Origin: Paecilomyces variotii
Lineage: Eukaryota
NCBI GenBank assembly: GCA_004022145.1
Contig: RCNU01000003.1
Direction: 5' to 3' (one strand)
DNA: 64,000 nucleotides
How positions within the stretch are numbered: the first letter of the stretch is position 1; the number at the start of each line of letters is the position of its first letter. The translations under genes were made by a program, and so were the position numbers. This document shows positions 1-13,301 of the stretch, in pieces. The notes below the pieces were generated by a model. The model had not been told where the DNA came from. It saw nothing but the letters and a program-made list of their open reading frames with translations, and made no database searches.

Positions 1-249
1 GTATTTGCATCTCAGAAAGGCGACCAAGTGTGTAGATAAATAGATGCACTGTTTACTCGGTGATAGATGACAGAGCGGTCTGATTCATAAAGGGGGTATA
101 TGAACTCATAGACGTCTATGAACTTAAGTGCAGTGATCGATCGTCATGAACAGCCACCGCAAGGCACGATGAGATTGTAGTAACGCAAGACTGTGCAACA
201 TCATCAAATGAAGCTTATGTTCATTTACCAACAGTGTCCAGTCGACTTC

Positions 250-3200
250 TTAATTAGCATTGGAGTCAGCACGTGCTTTCGCCTGTTGCTGATACTCGTA
301 TTCGGCAAGGCTCTGTCTCTTGATGTAATCCATGACGATATCCATCTCTGACTTCTCAGATTGAGCTTTTTTCTGGGATTCTTCATGTATCCTCTTTGAC
401 TCTGCAATGGCGCGTTGTAATTCCGCATCTTCGTCATCATCTGATGACCCAGCCACAGCAGAACGTGGAGGTAGTTCTGGTCGATAAGCCGGGGAATTCT
501 GAGTAGCTTCAGTTGTACCGCCAGCATTCGGCAATAAAATTTGAGGGCCTTCACGTTCATTCTTTACGCGTTCTGCTTCTTTTATGCTGGCTTCAATAGC
601 GCGGTTGTAAGCGCTTTCCTCGTCCTCGCCAGCGGACGCAGCGGTTTCGAGCTCAAGCACACTAGCACGCAAAGCACGTTCGATCATCTCATCTTCCTCG
701 GGATTCCCCTTCGACGTCTGACGTACGGATTCATGGATTGCTTCTTCGTACTCAGGCGGGATGGAAGCAGATTGATTGCTGGCCGCAGGTGACCGACTGC
801 CTAGTCTTTCGGCGGCAGGGGAGAGCGCGCTCTTTCCGCTGGCTGACTGTTCGAAGAGACCTTTTGACCTCAAATCACGCACGATTCCTTTAGTACGATA
901 ATGATCTCGAGTCTGCTTCGCCTTGAGACCGGCTTGCACTTCTTGCCATCGCCTGATGACATCTTCGCGTTCACCAGCACTTGCTCGTTCGTATTCCATT
1001 GCACCTTGAGCACAACGAGAAGCAATCATATAGCCGCCGACGTTTTCGCCGAATTGTTTTTGTATCTGCTTGTAAATACCACTCATCGTGTAACCGGTTA
1101 AGGCCCAGATACCTATACAGTGTTAGTGTTTAAATTACCATAAGATATGTCCGAATTCACTGACCTGCGGCGGGCTTGAGGACTAGGCCTCCGATCCCTT
1201 TGCCGAAGCCCTTCAAGGCACCTGCAGCGCCATCCTTTTTGGCTCCAGCCAAAGGCTGTGTTGCGAGCCCAGAGATACCGTCAAAAAATCCGTAGCCAAA
1301 CTCCTAAGCAAACATAATGAGTGGGATGACGTAAATACGGGCACGACAAGTCTTGTTGACAAACCTTTGTAGCAGCCTTAAAACCACTCTTGATTCCTGT
1401 AACCCTGTGTGGCTCTCGAACTGTATCATCCCCGTATAGGAGAGGTGCGTTATGGAAACCCCTAGCCACTGCCATAGTAAAGATGGTAGGAGCTCTCATG
1501 CCCACATTTAGTATCTTGCCTGCGGCTCGTGTCGAATTAATGGCCGTTTCGAGATTGAATTTCTCAGCACTTTCTGTAGCCGTACTCTGTTGAGATTTCC
1601 TGGAAGGTGAACTTGATCCCGTTTCTTTGGATGTAGTCGGTTCACATCGTTCCTCGCCACTGAGAGCAGAGTGCCTCGTAGTTCTCAATTCTGTAGAGCT
1701 CTTCTCCGATTCAGATTCGAGATTACGGGAACTTTCCATGACCTGCTGCGAGGAACTCGGAGAATCGCCACCCTTACTGGAAGTGCGAGATGGCTTTATA
1801 GTCCTTTTGACCTCGTGAGGGATGTCGACAATGCTCATCATGATGTCTCCTATATTGCCGATCATAGCAGCACCACCACCTGTGACGGGATCCGAGGGAC
1901 CTGGGTCCGTATCATACTCCCGTGCTCGGTACCTGAAACTGTCATTACCAGCAGCATAGTAAATAGTTATGAAAGAAGGCTTACAATTTGAGATCATTGA
2001 GATCAATTAATCCTTCATTGAGGAGAGCAGCGACAGCAAAGGCGCTCAGCCTGATGTCCGTCTTCCTTAGTTGGAATGTGGCTGCCTTGCTAGGGGCTAG
2101 AGTGCAGCGTAGACTGTCGACATGGAGTTTTTGGTGGAATGAAGTGGCTCCGATATCTGTACCACGTTCATGTTTCATCCTTTCGCTCAGTTCCCTTGCT
2201 TTCCCTAACACGGACGGCTGAAGAGCTTCCGTGATGGCATCTGCCAATTTATCAGCAGTAAGCGCTTTGTTTGGGATAGATTCTGGTCCAGCTCCAGCTC
2301 TTGCGATCATTGAACCCCAGAATGGCTGATCACCGAAGAAAGGAACTATAACAGTTGGCCGCCCAAATGCTATCCCCGCAGCAGTTGTGCCTGCGCCTCC
2401 ATGGTGAACAACGCAAGATACTCGTTGGAACAGCCAGTCGTGCGGACAGTTGCCTATAAAGAAGACGCCATCTGGTACGTCGAAGTCTTCAGCTCCAATG
2501 CCGCCCCATCCCTTCGAAACTAGGGCTCGCTGGCCAGTTTTCCTGACCGCATCCAAGATCGTATTAGTTAGCCCATTCGGATCATCGACGACAATGGACC
2601 CAAAGCCGATATATATGGGCGCTGGGCCTGAAGAAAGGAAGTTGGCAAGGTCTTCGGGCGGCGTGTAATTAGAGGCCTGTGACAGGAAGTAAAATCCAGC
2701 TACATCAATATGGCCACCCCAGTCGTTAGGCTTTGGGATGAGTGCCGGCGACCTGCAACAGAAGTTATAGCGAGCGTTTTATAGTCTAGCGGAAAGAGGG
2801 ATCTCACCAACAGTATGTGTAGGGTATCCGAAGGCGCGCTAACATCACCGCTGCCCACGTTACGCTAATCGGCTCCAGGCCTAAACTGCGCTCTCTAAAG
2901 TGGTTGATGACATCTCCCAGACCTTGCCAAGTCATCATTTCCACGAGAGCATATGTCATATAGTTCGTCAATGACACATCGCAATTCGAGGACTGGATGT
3001 TCGCAAGGGGGTGAGGAAAGGCTCGGGTAGGTGACCACGGCATAGTGAACATCAGGTGTAATGGGATCCCCATCTTCTGTGCGCAGTGAACATGAGCAAA
3101 ACTTGGCGGATTCGCAATAATCGCATCAGCAACAAATGGAGGTGCAGTCTCGGTAAAAGAAAGGCCTTCGAGTTTGGAGTCTGAGACAGGAATACCGGTA

Positions 3201-3918
3201 CCATCACCTGCCTCAAAACACGACCTCCAACAACCCTTGATGATAGTAGCTATCTCTTGTCGTCTTCTTGTGATCTCTCCGTCCTTTAATGCCGTTTTAC
3301 CCGGCATCAGCCCAGGATTCTTGACCATGAATGCCATCAGTTCTGCAGGGTCCCCACCGATACAGAAGAACTCCAGCCCATTCTCTTCCACAAACCCTCT
3401 GAATGTTCCGTGTGTAGCCAGGCGCACCCTGTGACCAAATTTATTCTTCAGAACTTTTCCTAGGGCGACGAACGGTTGCACATCTCCTCTTGACCCAACC
3501 ACATGGATAACAACATTGAGAGGCGGCGGTGGAGCCTCGCCCTCAACCCCCAGCGAAGGCGGAATATAAGCAGGTGGTAAAGGATCTTCGGGTCTGGGTT
3601 TTGTAGGAAGCGCCGATGCTATCAGGGAGGCCAAGCCGTGTGCGTGCTCATTGATGCGGATATTAACTCTGCCATTTTCTGGAGAAGCGTTAACCAGAGT
3701 CCGGAAGCTCGGAACACAATATCAGAGAAGCAGCGATATTTACCTGTTACCTCTGCCTCCGTATTCAAGCCATCCTGATCCATGTCCACATGCCCGTAGG
3801 TTTGGTTTTCCGCTTCGGAGGGCACATCACCAGCCTCCGTATCATGTCGATAAGGTTGCTTTGACGTTTCGCGGAAGACCTCGTCAGATGCCCCATCCTT
3901 AGAATCCATTGGATCCAT
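250..3918 (-). CDS. Sterol 3-beta-glucosyltransferase-like protein (GT1; Glyco_transf_28 N-terminus + UDPGT half) with C-terminal UIM-like helices; 6 exons
   Basis: Motifs VGSRGDVQPF, ANPPSFAHVHCA, PIYIGFGSIVV and VHHGGAGTTAAG...PFFGDQPFWG. GT-AG introns at 3679-3743, 2753-2807, 1933-1984, 1304-1364 and 1113-1164 join the ORF fragments in frame. Confidence 0.9.
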
Positions 3919-5225
3919 TATTGTTTTCGCGGATGGACGACAGTTGTAACTTCTTTTGCCAGTCTAATGAAGACAGTAGAGTGCTGATAGCGGGGTTATC
4001 CGGGCATGCGCAATATGCGCCCTGTGGTTCTAGAGACCGGAGTCCATTAGAAGTCACTAAGTAGGTATTTAGATTATCCCATAGTGCTCTAGTTGCATGG
4101 AAGAGCTGAGAGGATATCTAGAATCACGATAAACAAGTAGCAGTGGGGGGGGGTTGTTGTTTGGTTGTTATTTGGTCATCCGAGATGCTTGTATCCGCCA
4201 TGATCAACAGCCGGTGACTTCATTGCGGGCGCTTAAGCGTTCACTAACAGAGCTTTTTGTGACAAGCCACTGCACATCCTCTCAGGCGCGACTGAGAATT
4301 ATGGATAGCTTTTGATAATATGGTAACTTTTGTGTCATTATCCACCCAAAACAGAGCATGATATTAATTGTCTGTGGTAGCTAGAGACGGGTGAAGGGAA
4401 ACGTGGGTGCGCCCTGTATGGTACGCGTTCTGGGCCCATTGATAGTTATCTTTGGCACCAACGCCACAGGAACCCATAACATATAATTTTGTCTATATTT
4501 ACAACGGCTGTGGGACTAAAGAGCACAGCCGATCTTTTTTCCTATGTGCCTTTCCCTCCTAGGACAGTACTCAACTTTTTTCTCCCGAAGCTGCGCCTTC
4601 TTTAGGCTTTCCTGTTATGACGCCAGAAGACTCTGTGCGTTCTATAAATAAGAGACATCACTTCAAATAGAGTATGTTAGCATTTCGCAGCCTCAAGTCG
4701 CCGCGATAACTTGATATTTGAGGGATATTAAGGTATCAGTGATAGGAAAAACTCTGAGTGTACTTCGAGATAAACATCAATGGAACTTATTCTTCTTAGC
4801 GAGTTCAGTGTTTTCGATATAAACTTCGATCTAGGTATCATTGTCCTATCAATAAGAGACAGAAAATGATGGTAAAGAGATCTTGGTACTCACCTTAAGT
4901 ATTTCGTCATCTTGTGGTCTAAACACGCACGTCTTTACAAAGTGCGCATGCGACGACGCCGACGGCACCAAATGCTGTTGAACCCCCTGTAGGTACCTAG
5001 TAAGTATCTGCGATAACTAAGATACAATGTTGAGCTAAGACGGAATCTCTCCCCTGTCCTTGCAAGTGAGGGGTACTGAAGAAATACAAGACTGTCCACA
5101 CTGATTGTGTGCACTTCACACTTGGATAGCAATAATCGAGAAGCTGGTTCTAATTGTCATTATCTTCCTTTTTTACTGTGTTTTCTTAATTCAGTTCCTC
5201 GCTTCCTCGAAAAAAAAAGGCTATC

Positions 5226-6245
5226 ATGACGAATTGTCAGGGCCAAGGTCGCGTTGCAATCATCACCGGCGCTACTGTCAGTTTGTTACCTACCTGGTTA
5301 AATATCCATGTCGGTATTAACCACACTTTAACATCCAGTCTGGAATTGGAATTTACCTAGCGAAAGACCTGTACGTTCATGGCTGGAAAGTCGCTTGTGT
5401 CGGCCGTCGCCGTGAAGCCGGTGAAGCCCTCGTCAAAAGCCTGGGGGAGAATGCGCGCTTCTTTCAAGCCGACTTAGAAGATTACGCCAGCCAAGCTCGC
5501 ATGTTCAAAGCCGTATATGATACATGGGGCCACATCGATGCGCTCTGCGCGAACGCAGGAATCGTCGACAAGAGCTCCGTATATATACTCAACTGGAGAG
5601 GCAAGGATGTGAACGATATACCCCCCGAGCCAGATCTTTCGTGTACCGACATTGATTACAAAGGAGTTGTCTACGGCACCCAATTAGCTATCCACTTCAT
5701 GCGACAAAACAAACCGCAGCCAGGAGGGAAGATTGTGGTCACGGGAAGCATTGGTGGTATTTTCCCGCATAGATCATATCCTGAGTACTGCAGTACGAAA
5801 TCCGCTGTGATTACTTTCATTAGAGGCGTCGCACCTCTCCTGAAACAAAAGGACAATATCTTCATAAACACTGTCCTTCCTGGTATCGTTGCCACTCCAA
5901 TTGTTCCTCCAGAAATGATTGAGGCAGTAACGCCGGAATGGTATGTACTTCTTACACTATCGTATACTACGATGCGTTAATCTCCAGGCCAAATAACGGC
6001 TTCGCTTACTCGTGAAACGCAGCATAACACCTGTCGAGACTGTCATCAGAGGATACCATCAATTCTTAGACGGTGAGACGGGGGTTACTGGGCAGGTCTT
6101 GGAGGCTTCTGCAGACAAATTAGTTGCTTACGATCTACCGGAAATGGGCAGTGGTCGTGTAACTAAACGAGCGGTGACAGTCTGGGAACCTCTCTTCAGG
6201 ACGATGCACGGCGAAGATTCGGGACTTCCAGATGCAATTCCGTAA
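5226..6245 (+). CDS. Short-chain dehydrogenase/reductase (15-hydroxyprostaglandin-dehydrogenase-like subgroup); 3 exons
   Basis: ATG at 5226. TGAT|SGIG Rossmann motif spans intron 5277-5338; ANAG and YCSTK catalytic motif present; second intron 5941-6022; TAA at 6243-6245. Confidence 0.85.
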
Positions 6246-6444
6246 CTTGTGGGATACTCTCTTTCGGGTATCATTGCATATGGATTATTTCCATTTAGAC
6301 GTCTCGATCATTCTTAGGCACATGTCCTTGACAGAGAAAGGTAGCATGAATCTCGGGCCGTTCCGATCTCCGCACGTCTATGTCCGTCAACTGCTTAAAA
6401 TGCACAGAGTCTTCGTTATTCTTACAGAATAGAATCCCTTTGTC

Positions 6445-6472
6445 TTTTTTTTTTTTTTTTTTTTTTTTTTTT
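6445..6472. repeat. Poly(T) tract, 28 nt, between convergent genes
   Basis: Read directly from the sequence. Confidence 0.95.
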
Positions 6473-6657
6473 GCAAGAAACTTGTGGAGTCAAAGGCTAA
6501 CAAGCTATGTCGAGAGAAATTTGACCTTTAGGACTGCTTCTGGATTTCACATGCTAGGACAACACTGCACTATTGCTGAATATTGATTTGATAAATGGTA
6601 TGATATTTGGCTGAGATGCTCGGATTCTGTGACTGTCGACATTATTGGCATATATAC

Positions 6658-9600
6658 TCAGACGAAGCTGATTCTACCCGGTTTGGTGAGGTCCATCTTT
6701 GTCTTCACCGTCACACTTTTAGCCTCGGCGTCATAGTGATATTCGATGCCATGAGCCTGTCCACTTCTCGAAGCTTGAGGTTCGCTTTCCTGTCCAAGAA
6801 GCGTGACAGACTCGATTTGGACACCAGGAACATACGAAAAGATGCCATCCATCTGGAATATACCATGACTATACTCGAATACGACCTCGAGAGTGGCAGG
6901 CTGGTGCAGTGAGTCTCCGTCGTCCATATAGAGGCTTCCAGTAGCGGTACCGTCGAGACCAGGCGCAATTATAAGATTGAAACATTTCGTTCTCAGTTCG
7001 GTTGTTGTGTTGGCTCCTGAAGACCGCACGGGGATGATAGTGCCACCCCGAATGTGCAATGGGATTGTCGTGATGTCGATATCGGTCACTGTGACGTTCG
7101 TACCGTGCCCACGGAAAGGAGCACCCGTATACCAGTCGTAGAAGATATCGTCGGGGAAGTAGGCTTCGACAGAAGTAGAACCTTCCTCTGTCACTGGACT
7201 CACGAGGATGGCATCACCGTAAAAGAATTGCAGGTCAATGGCAAAAGTGTTGGGGTCTTCCGGGTATAGATAGAACATAGGTTGAAGGAAGGGCTCTCCT
7301 GTTGTCGCTTGTCGGTGAAATGCAGTATAAAGATAGTCAAGAAGTCTGTAACGAATATCGATGACCTTTCTCGCTGCCTCTGCAACACTTGGCCATTGAT
7401 AAAATTCCTGTGGTGGGTTTCCGAGTTCATTATGATTACGATAGAATGGTGAGAATGCACCAAGGGTAGCCCATCTCGCGCAGAGCTCCTCGTTCGTGGC
7501 ACCGGCGTACCCACATACATCAGATCCGACCATAGGGATCTGGAAGATAGCTGAGAAGGATAGCTGCTCGGCAATTGATATGCGATATTTATCCCAATTG
7601 CTCACGTTATCTCCTAACCTGCATGTACATTAGACATTAGACCAGGGCTCCTTGTAATCCTGTTTTCCAAAACAATGCACAACTCACCAGTGGCCAACAT
7701 GAGCACCAGCACCCGCAAAGGTGCTACGGGTGATGATCAGCGGTCTTACGGTCGGACGACGTTGCTGCATGGCGTTACGAGAAGCAGAGCTCATCACTGA
7801 TTTCACTGTTCAGAAACAATTACACAGAGGCTTTCCTTGCATAGTAACTTACTCGTTCCATAGAGGTTGTGCGTGTCATAATCAGCGTAACCTCCCGCAT
7901 GAATCAGATCCGTCCGAATTGTTAAGTTGCTGATAGATCCTGCAGCATTGTGTATTGTATATGGGGGACTGATAAGATTACGTCCTGAAAGGCCAAGTTT
8001 CTGACCTGCTCCACTGAGGGCCCTCTTCTTGGATTTCTCAGAAGCAGATGGCTGGAAATCAGAGGGGAATCCTGGTAAGGGGCGTGGATTGGAAGCCCTG
8101 ACTGGTGGCGGCGCCGGTGGATAGTCGTTCTCTTCAGCATAAGCTTGAGGATCTGAGCATGGCCATGGGCAGAAATTGGAGGCCTCATTCATATCTATCC
8201 AAAGGCCGTCGATATCAACTCCTGTCTCTGGGTCGAAGAAAGTATTGAATTCCCCATTCCACCAAGAAGGTGTGTTCTCATGGAACCAGTCTGGAAATAC
8301 AGTCGCACCGGGCCATACGACGCCTGTAAGAGTAAATATGGGGACCTGAATAGTACGCGTCCTTAGACATACCTTGGTAAAGAGACCCGTCGGCGTATTT
8401 CAAAAAGGCCCCTTGCTGCTGTCCGCGGTCGAAGGCGTCATTGCCTAGAACCACATACGTTAAGCATGCAAAACATGAACAACTTCTTGACAATAGGTAA
8501 ATCGTTATAAGGAGTCCTTACCTCCGTACTTCACGGCAGGATCGACCATGACGATATAGCTGTCGAAATTGAAGATATCAAAGGTTATCCTAGCCAGCTC
8601 ATGAATACAAAGAAGCAATACATTAACTTACTGTTGTTGGTGCTGGTGAAGATAATCCACGAGCTCTCGCATCTTCTCGATGGGAAACCGTTGAGGATCG
8701 AGGGTGAATACGGCTCGTCCATCCATGTAGTCGATGTCGGTCCACATCGTCTCAAGAGGTATACTAGCTTTGCTGTAGTTATAGACGACTTCTGCTACCT
8801 CAAACACATCTCGATATCCGTATCGACATTGGTGGAACTATACAGCTTTTAGAATCCGAGAATATTATCGATTAGGAGCTCTGGTCTATACCCCGAACGT
8901 CCAATAACTCTGCATGGCTGGAACGCCAACGACTCCAGCGTATTGCGTGCTGACCTCCTTTGGAGTGGGGCCCGCTAGAAAGTAGAAGTCGAAGATACCA
9001 CCAAGGGTGTTATATTCTAGATACTGCTCGCCGTCGTTCGTCTTGTTAATCTTGATATCCATGCCATTTGAGTTCAAGAAGAAGACCCCATGAGTACCAG
9101 CTTTGCCACGATGATCAATATAAATTGGATGGTTTCCGTAGAGGTTGGTATGTGCTGGGATTCCATACGCATCATGGCTCCAGAGAGTGCGCGTATAATT
9201 TGTTGTCTCCAGATGCAGAGAGTCGCTATGTTCACCGAGTCCATATAAGTTTGGATCTTCAGGAAGCGACGTTCGAAGATTTAGGTACTGCGACTGAAAA
9301 ACCAAGTTCGATCCAGATGTATCGAATAAAACCTCCTTGGTATCTTTTCTCTCAATTGAGAACGAAAATGGGCTTTCCTTAAAGTTGAATTTCAGCGTAG
9401 ACGTTTTCGACGCAGGTCCACTTGTGAACTCAGGGCGAGGAAGCACGGACGGAGGAACTTGATATACCTCCTCATTCGCGTCATATATTAACACATGGAG
9501 ACGGGTATCTAAAAAATAGAATTAAGCTCAATTCTGTCAAGGAAAAGTATCTCGCAATCCAGTGACATACCCGTCTGATACTCCACCTTAAGTTTGAGAT

Positions 9601-9790
9601 CCTTGATATCTATGCCGTAAGTGTTACATGGTTTCCCCGCAAGTTTCAAATCTACGGTCAGCGTATTTCCCGAATCTTTCACATTAGATGCCTTGTACCC
9701 CGGACATTGCTCAAGGGGCAGCGACGTGCGATTAACAGCTAGAGCTGCTGCCCACGAGAGGAAGGGAAGAAGAAAAGCGATACCACGCAT
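6658..9790 (-). CDS. Secreted GH31 alpha-glucosidase; multi-exon (about 8 exons)
   Basis: Signal peptide [18 protein letters not shown] from ATG 9790; YGLGEH, NLYGNHP, catalytic [16 protein letters not shown] and FSPFYRNHN motifs; canonical introns link the ORF fragments. Confidence 0.92.
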
Positions 9791-9855
9791 GTTACGGATT
9801 TCGTTCACTGGGAGAATACTTAGATTGGCACTCCTCGTGGTAGATCACGTTGGCA

Positions 9856-10136
9856 TATATATACTGTCGGAGACACCGCTTTGTCTGGGGTCCTGCAGCT
9901 GTCCCTTGCTCAGAGCCTTGGCTGCTGTAAGGATGGTACCACAGTAGCCTCACACCATCTTCTGTCTCTATCGGGGAGATCAGTCAGATTGTAGATCCAC
10001 GAATACGGACCGCGCCCTATCGTGCTCTCAGATGCTCACTACGTCTTTGCGGGGCTCTCGGACTCGAGAGCGACGGTATACATTTAGCCTATGAGCTAAA
10101 TAATGTTGCGGGGAAAGATTAAGAATCTCTCCCCAG
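9856..10136 (-). promoter_or_regulatory. Alpha-glucosidase promoter: TATA-like run plus four CreA-consensus (SYGGRG) sites
   Basis: TA run at ~9856-9863; CTGGGG 9885, GCGGGG 10049 and 10108, CCCCAG 10131. The motif is short, so function is inferred from the gene class. Confidence 0.35.
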
Positions 10137-11656
10137 GGCCCTATGTGCCAGAAAGATGGCCTCGAATTTCGAGCAACTTAACATATTATGGGCGAAGCTA
10201 ATCATTGCAGGCAATATCGTCGTCCAGTCACGAAACGGTAACACAGAATGGAACCATGTTTCTTTCGCAACTGTTATGTTTGGAAGAGATTAGTACTAAC
10301 ATCACTCAGCTATGCTTCTTCCTGGTAATTATATTTCGCCGTCTTGGCAATGGGGAAAGCACCGCGAGACCTGAAGAACCAATCTAACTGGCCTTTGGGC
10401 TGCCTGTCCCGAAGATCTCGGGCACGAGAACAAAGCCATGTCGACAAAGGCCTATACGCTCCTTCAAGCAAGACCATCGATTGGTTGGGAGCATTCTAAG
10501 CAATGGCTTTCATGTATATCTCGGTCAGGAAGCCGATGGAATGAATCCAAGCAACCAGCAGGCGCTGTATGTGTTTGCAATTGGGCGCAATAAACGGCTA
10601 AATTTGATGAGGTAGTAACGCCTAGTGTCATCGGCTTTTGTCTTGCTGGACTTGCATCACAGGTCTATTGGGGTTGTCGGGCTATATAATACCCCGCACC
10701 TCCTGCAGCTGCACATGTTCATTAGTGGTTGAATCCGTCAGGCAAGTAGTCCACCATATGTACGGAAATGAAAAGGTTGTGTCGTGACTCTGAGTCCGTA
10801 CATATGTAATACGAAGACACAGAGAATCAATGGCAGTCCAGGAAGCCATGCTATAGTTAATTCGAGGGGAAAGGTGTGAATCAGTCGAACAAAACTTATC
10901 GTATGTCAGACAAGCAAGGAAGCGATTCAATGTCGGCACCTCAAGGCTATCTCAATAATATAACCTGTCAAATCGCCTGTTGAAGTAGATTCCTTCGATG
11001 CCGTAGAATCTATTGGATTAGACTAGCGGATTGACACATATCCAGCTTCTTTGTCAGATTAGGAGCGGAACATGGTCACTCAGCGCATTGATGACTGATC
11101 ATCCTTGCCCGTGCAACGGAAAATAACCATAAGTCGGCCCTGGGGTATCATCATCGCAGATGAATAGGACTGGACCAAGTTTTTGGTGTTCCTCCAGCAA
11201 GATTAAGTGCTGCGGGGAATGGGCCGTTTTCCCGTGTTGAAGTTGTCCGAGCAACGTTGCTTGAAGATGAATGAGTATGGGGGCGATACCGGCAGTGGAA
11301 TAGGCCTGAACTCCATATGTCCCACACAATATACAGCAGCACTGTAGTGATAAAGGAACTATAACTGATCTGATGAAAAATAGAATAACTGCGACTGAGC
11401 AATCTGCTATTGCAATCAGCATATGGATCGCGAGGTTCGTCGTGGTGATCCCCGTCACGTGACAATCCGAGCTCCGGCCCAAGTTTTTCCCTGGACTTCC
11501 CGAGCCTCAAATCTCATCTGGTTTCTGTGCCTGCGAGGAGATCCAGCTGTTCCACTCCACCACCGCGCCATTGGACCCCCTTCTTGTCCAACAGGGACAA
11601 CATATCCTCGTCCTTCCTCGTCTTCTACTTCTCTCCTCAACCCAGTGGTCGTCAGA

Positions 11657-12488
11657 ATGTCTGTTGCGGCGTCGCGTGCCGTTCTGCGGCAATCGCAGTT
11701 CATGATCCGCAGGACCGCGGTCAGACACTCTTCCTCTACGTCGGAGGCTGCGAACAAGGCCAAGGAGTCTGCTGCAAATGCCGCTTCGAAGGCTCAGCAG
11801 GGTCTGTCCAGAGTCACCTCCTCCGCTGGTCCCGCAATCGCCGGAGCTGCGTCGAATATCGGCAGCGCGCTGAGAAAGGTCGGAGGAAGAACCGGCAAGG
11901 TCATCGCCTACATTGACAGTAAGAAAAGATTCCTCCAAGTTTATTGCTGAGGCCAAAGGCTGCGATGGGGATATAAAACCGGCATTGGAAGTGTCATGCG
12001 GTGTTCGCTGCCTGTTGATTCCAGCCTCTCAATTACACCCCTGCGGCGACCTATGCTGCGGTCTACAGGATCAAGATGGTTAACCGGATGCGATAACAGC
12101 TTTGATACCCCCTACTGTCTACTACTCGAAAGTCGGAATCGAACTCGCCAAGCTTGTGTTCAGGGGCCAGAAGATGACTCCTCCGTAAGCAGCAGCCCTT
12201 GCTTGTATCATAGGAACTCGGTTCGCTAATGCTCACCTCAGCAACCTGGCTACTTTCCAGGCCTACTTCGAGCCCGTCATCAACATTATCCGCAACCCCT
12301 CCAACCTTCGCAACGTGAACATCCCCTCCCCCCAGGCCCTTCTCGGCCGTCTGCGCAACGCCGACAAGAAGGAGCTGGCTTTCTATGGTGTGACTGCCGC
12401 TGAGGTCCTCGGATTCTTCACTATTGGCGAGATCATTGGACGACGCAACGTCGTGGGCTACCGGGGAGAGTCTGCTCACGGTCACTAA
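11657..12488 (+). CDS. ATP20: Mitochondrial ATP synthase subunit g; 3 exons
   Basis: Presequence MSVAASRAVLRQSQF; YYSKVGIELAKLVFRGQKMTPP and AEVLGFFTIGEIIGRRNVVGY; introns 11919-12099 and ~12185-12241. Confidence 0.9.
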
Positions 12489-13301
12489 ATTTAATTTGCA
12501 AATAACACACAGCCTTGACCCATTTCCTAGCTTCCTGTTTTCTCTTGTACTTGTATGATAGACGATGGAATTAACTGTTGTCTCTGACCAAGCTTCTCTC
12601 TCCGGCAGACTTCAATATCCAAAGACTTTTCTTTACTTGGCCTCATACATGGGTTTTCAAAGTGCATAGAGCCTAGACTTATTCGGGTTTGCAGGATGCG
12701 GAAGAAACATCATGAGGTAGTTGAATGAGATGCATCTACCATGATTAATCTCTTATAACATAGGGCCTCATTACTGTAGGGATCACCTTTTAAAGCTACC
12801 TGATAACGCTGGCCTGTCTAGTGAACCGCGAGGTAGCAAGTTGGCATCTAGTCCTAGGATTGTAGCTTTAGATTCGAATGATAACCCTGCTATCAGTCTG
12901 TTTACTACATCCGCATGTTGTCCAATAGTGTTGGTGGCCTCGTCCGTAGCAGTTCACTTGATATTACTCTGCTCCCACCTCCATTTCTTCGGCCTTGAGT
13001 TTCTAAAGATAGGCTCCTTTGACTAGAAAACAACACCACATAATGCAAGAGAGCAAATTCCGATAGAATAGCCTCAAAGAACAAGATTCCCAAGCTTTGA
13101 TTTCCCATTCCAGTTGCTTCCCGCCGTCGACCATTTTCCGCGCTTCTGATTGGCCAGTGCGCGGAGAGAAATTCTGCACTCCCCGATATTATTTTCGAAG
13201 CATGTCCGAACATCAACTACACAAAAAACCCAGTGTCAACACAGAGCTCTCAGCTCATCCGCTTCACAGTAGTAAAAAGCAACCATTCTGTTAAATTCAA
13301 G

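Noticed and set aside
11099..11510. Overlapping 119-127 aa minus-strand ORFs upstream of ATP20
   Set aside because: No motifs, codon bias or splice structure supporting a gene.
11919..12099. Longer-than-usual ATP20 intron (181 nt) as a snoRNA host or nested intron
   Set aside because: No clear C/D box pair or second splice set seen; an Infernal/Rfam scan would be needed.
13233..13301. In-frame GTG/TTG-initiated extensions of ROK1 (also 27055, 37918, 51913)
   Set aside because: Artefacts of the ORF caller using prokaryotic starts; a good ATG follows and the extensions have no targeting character.
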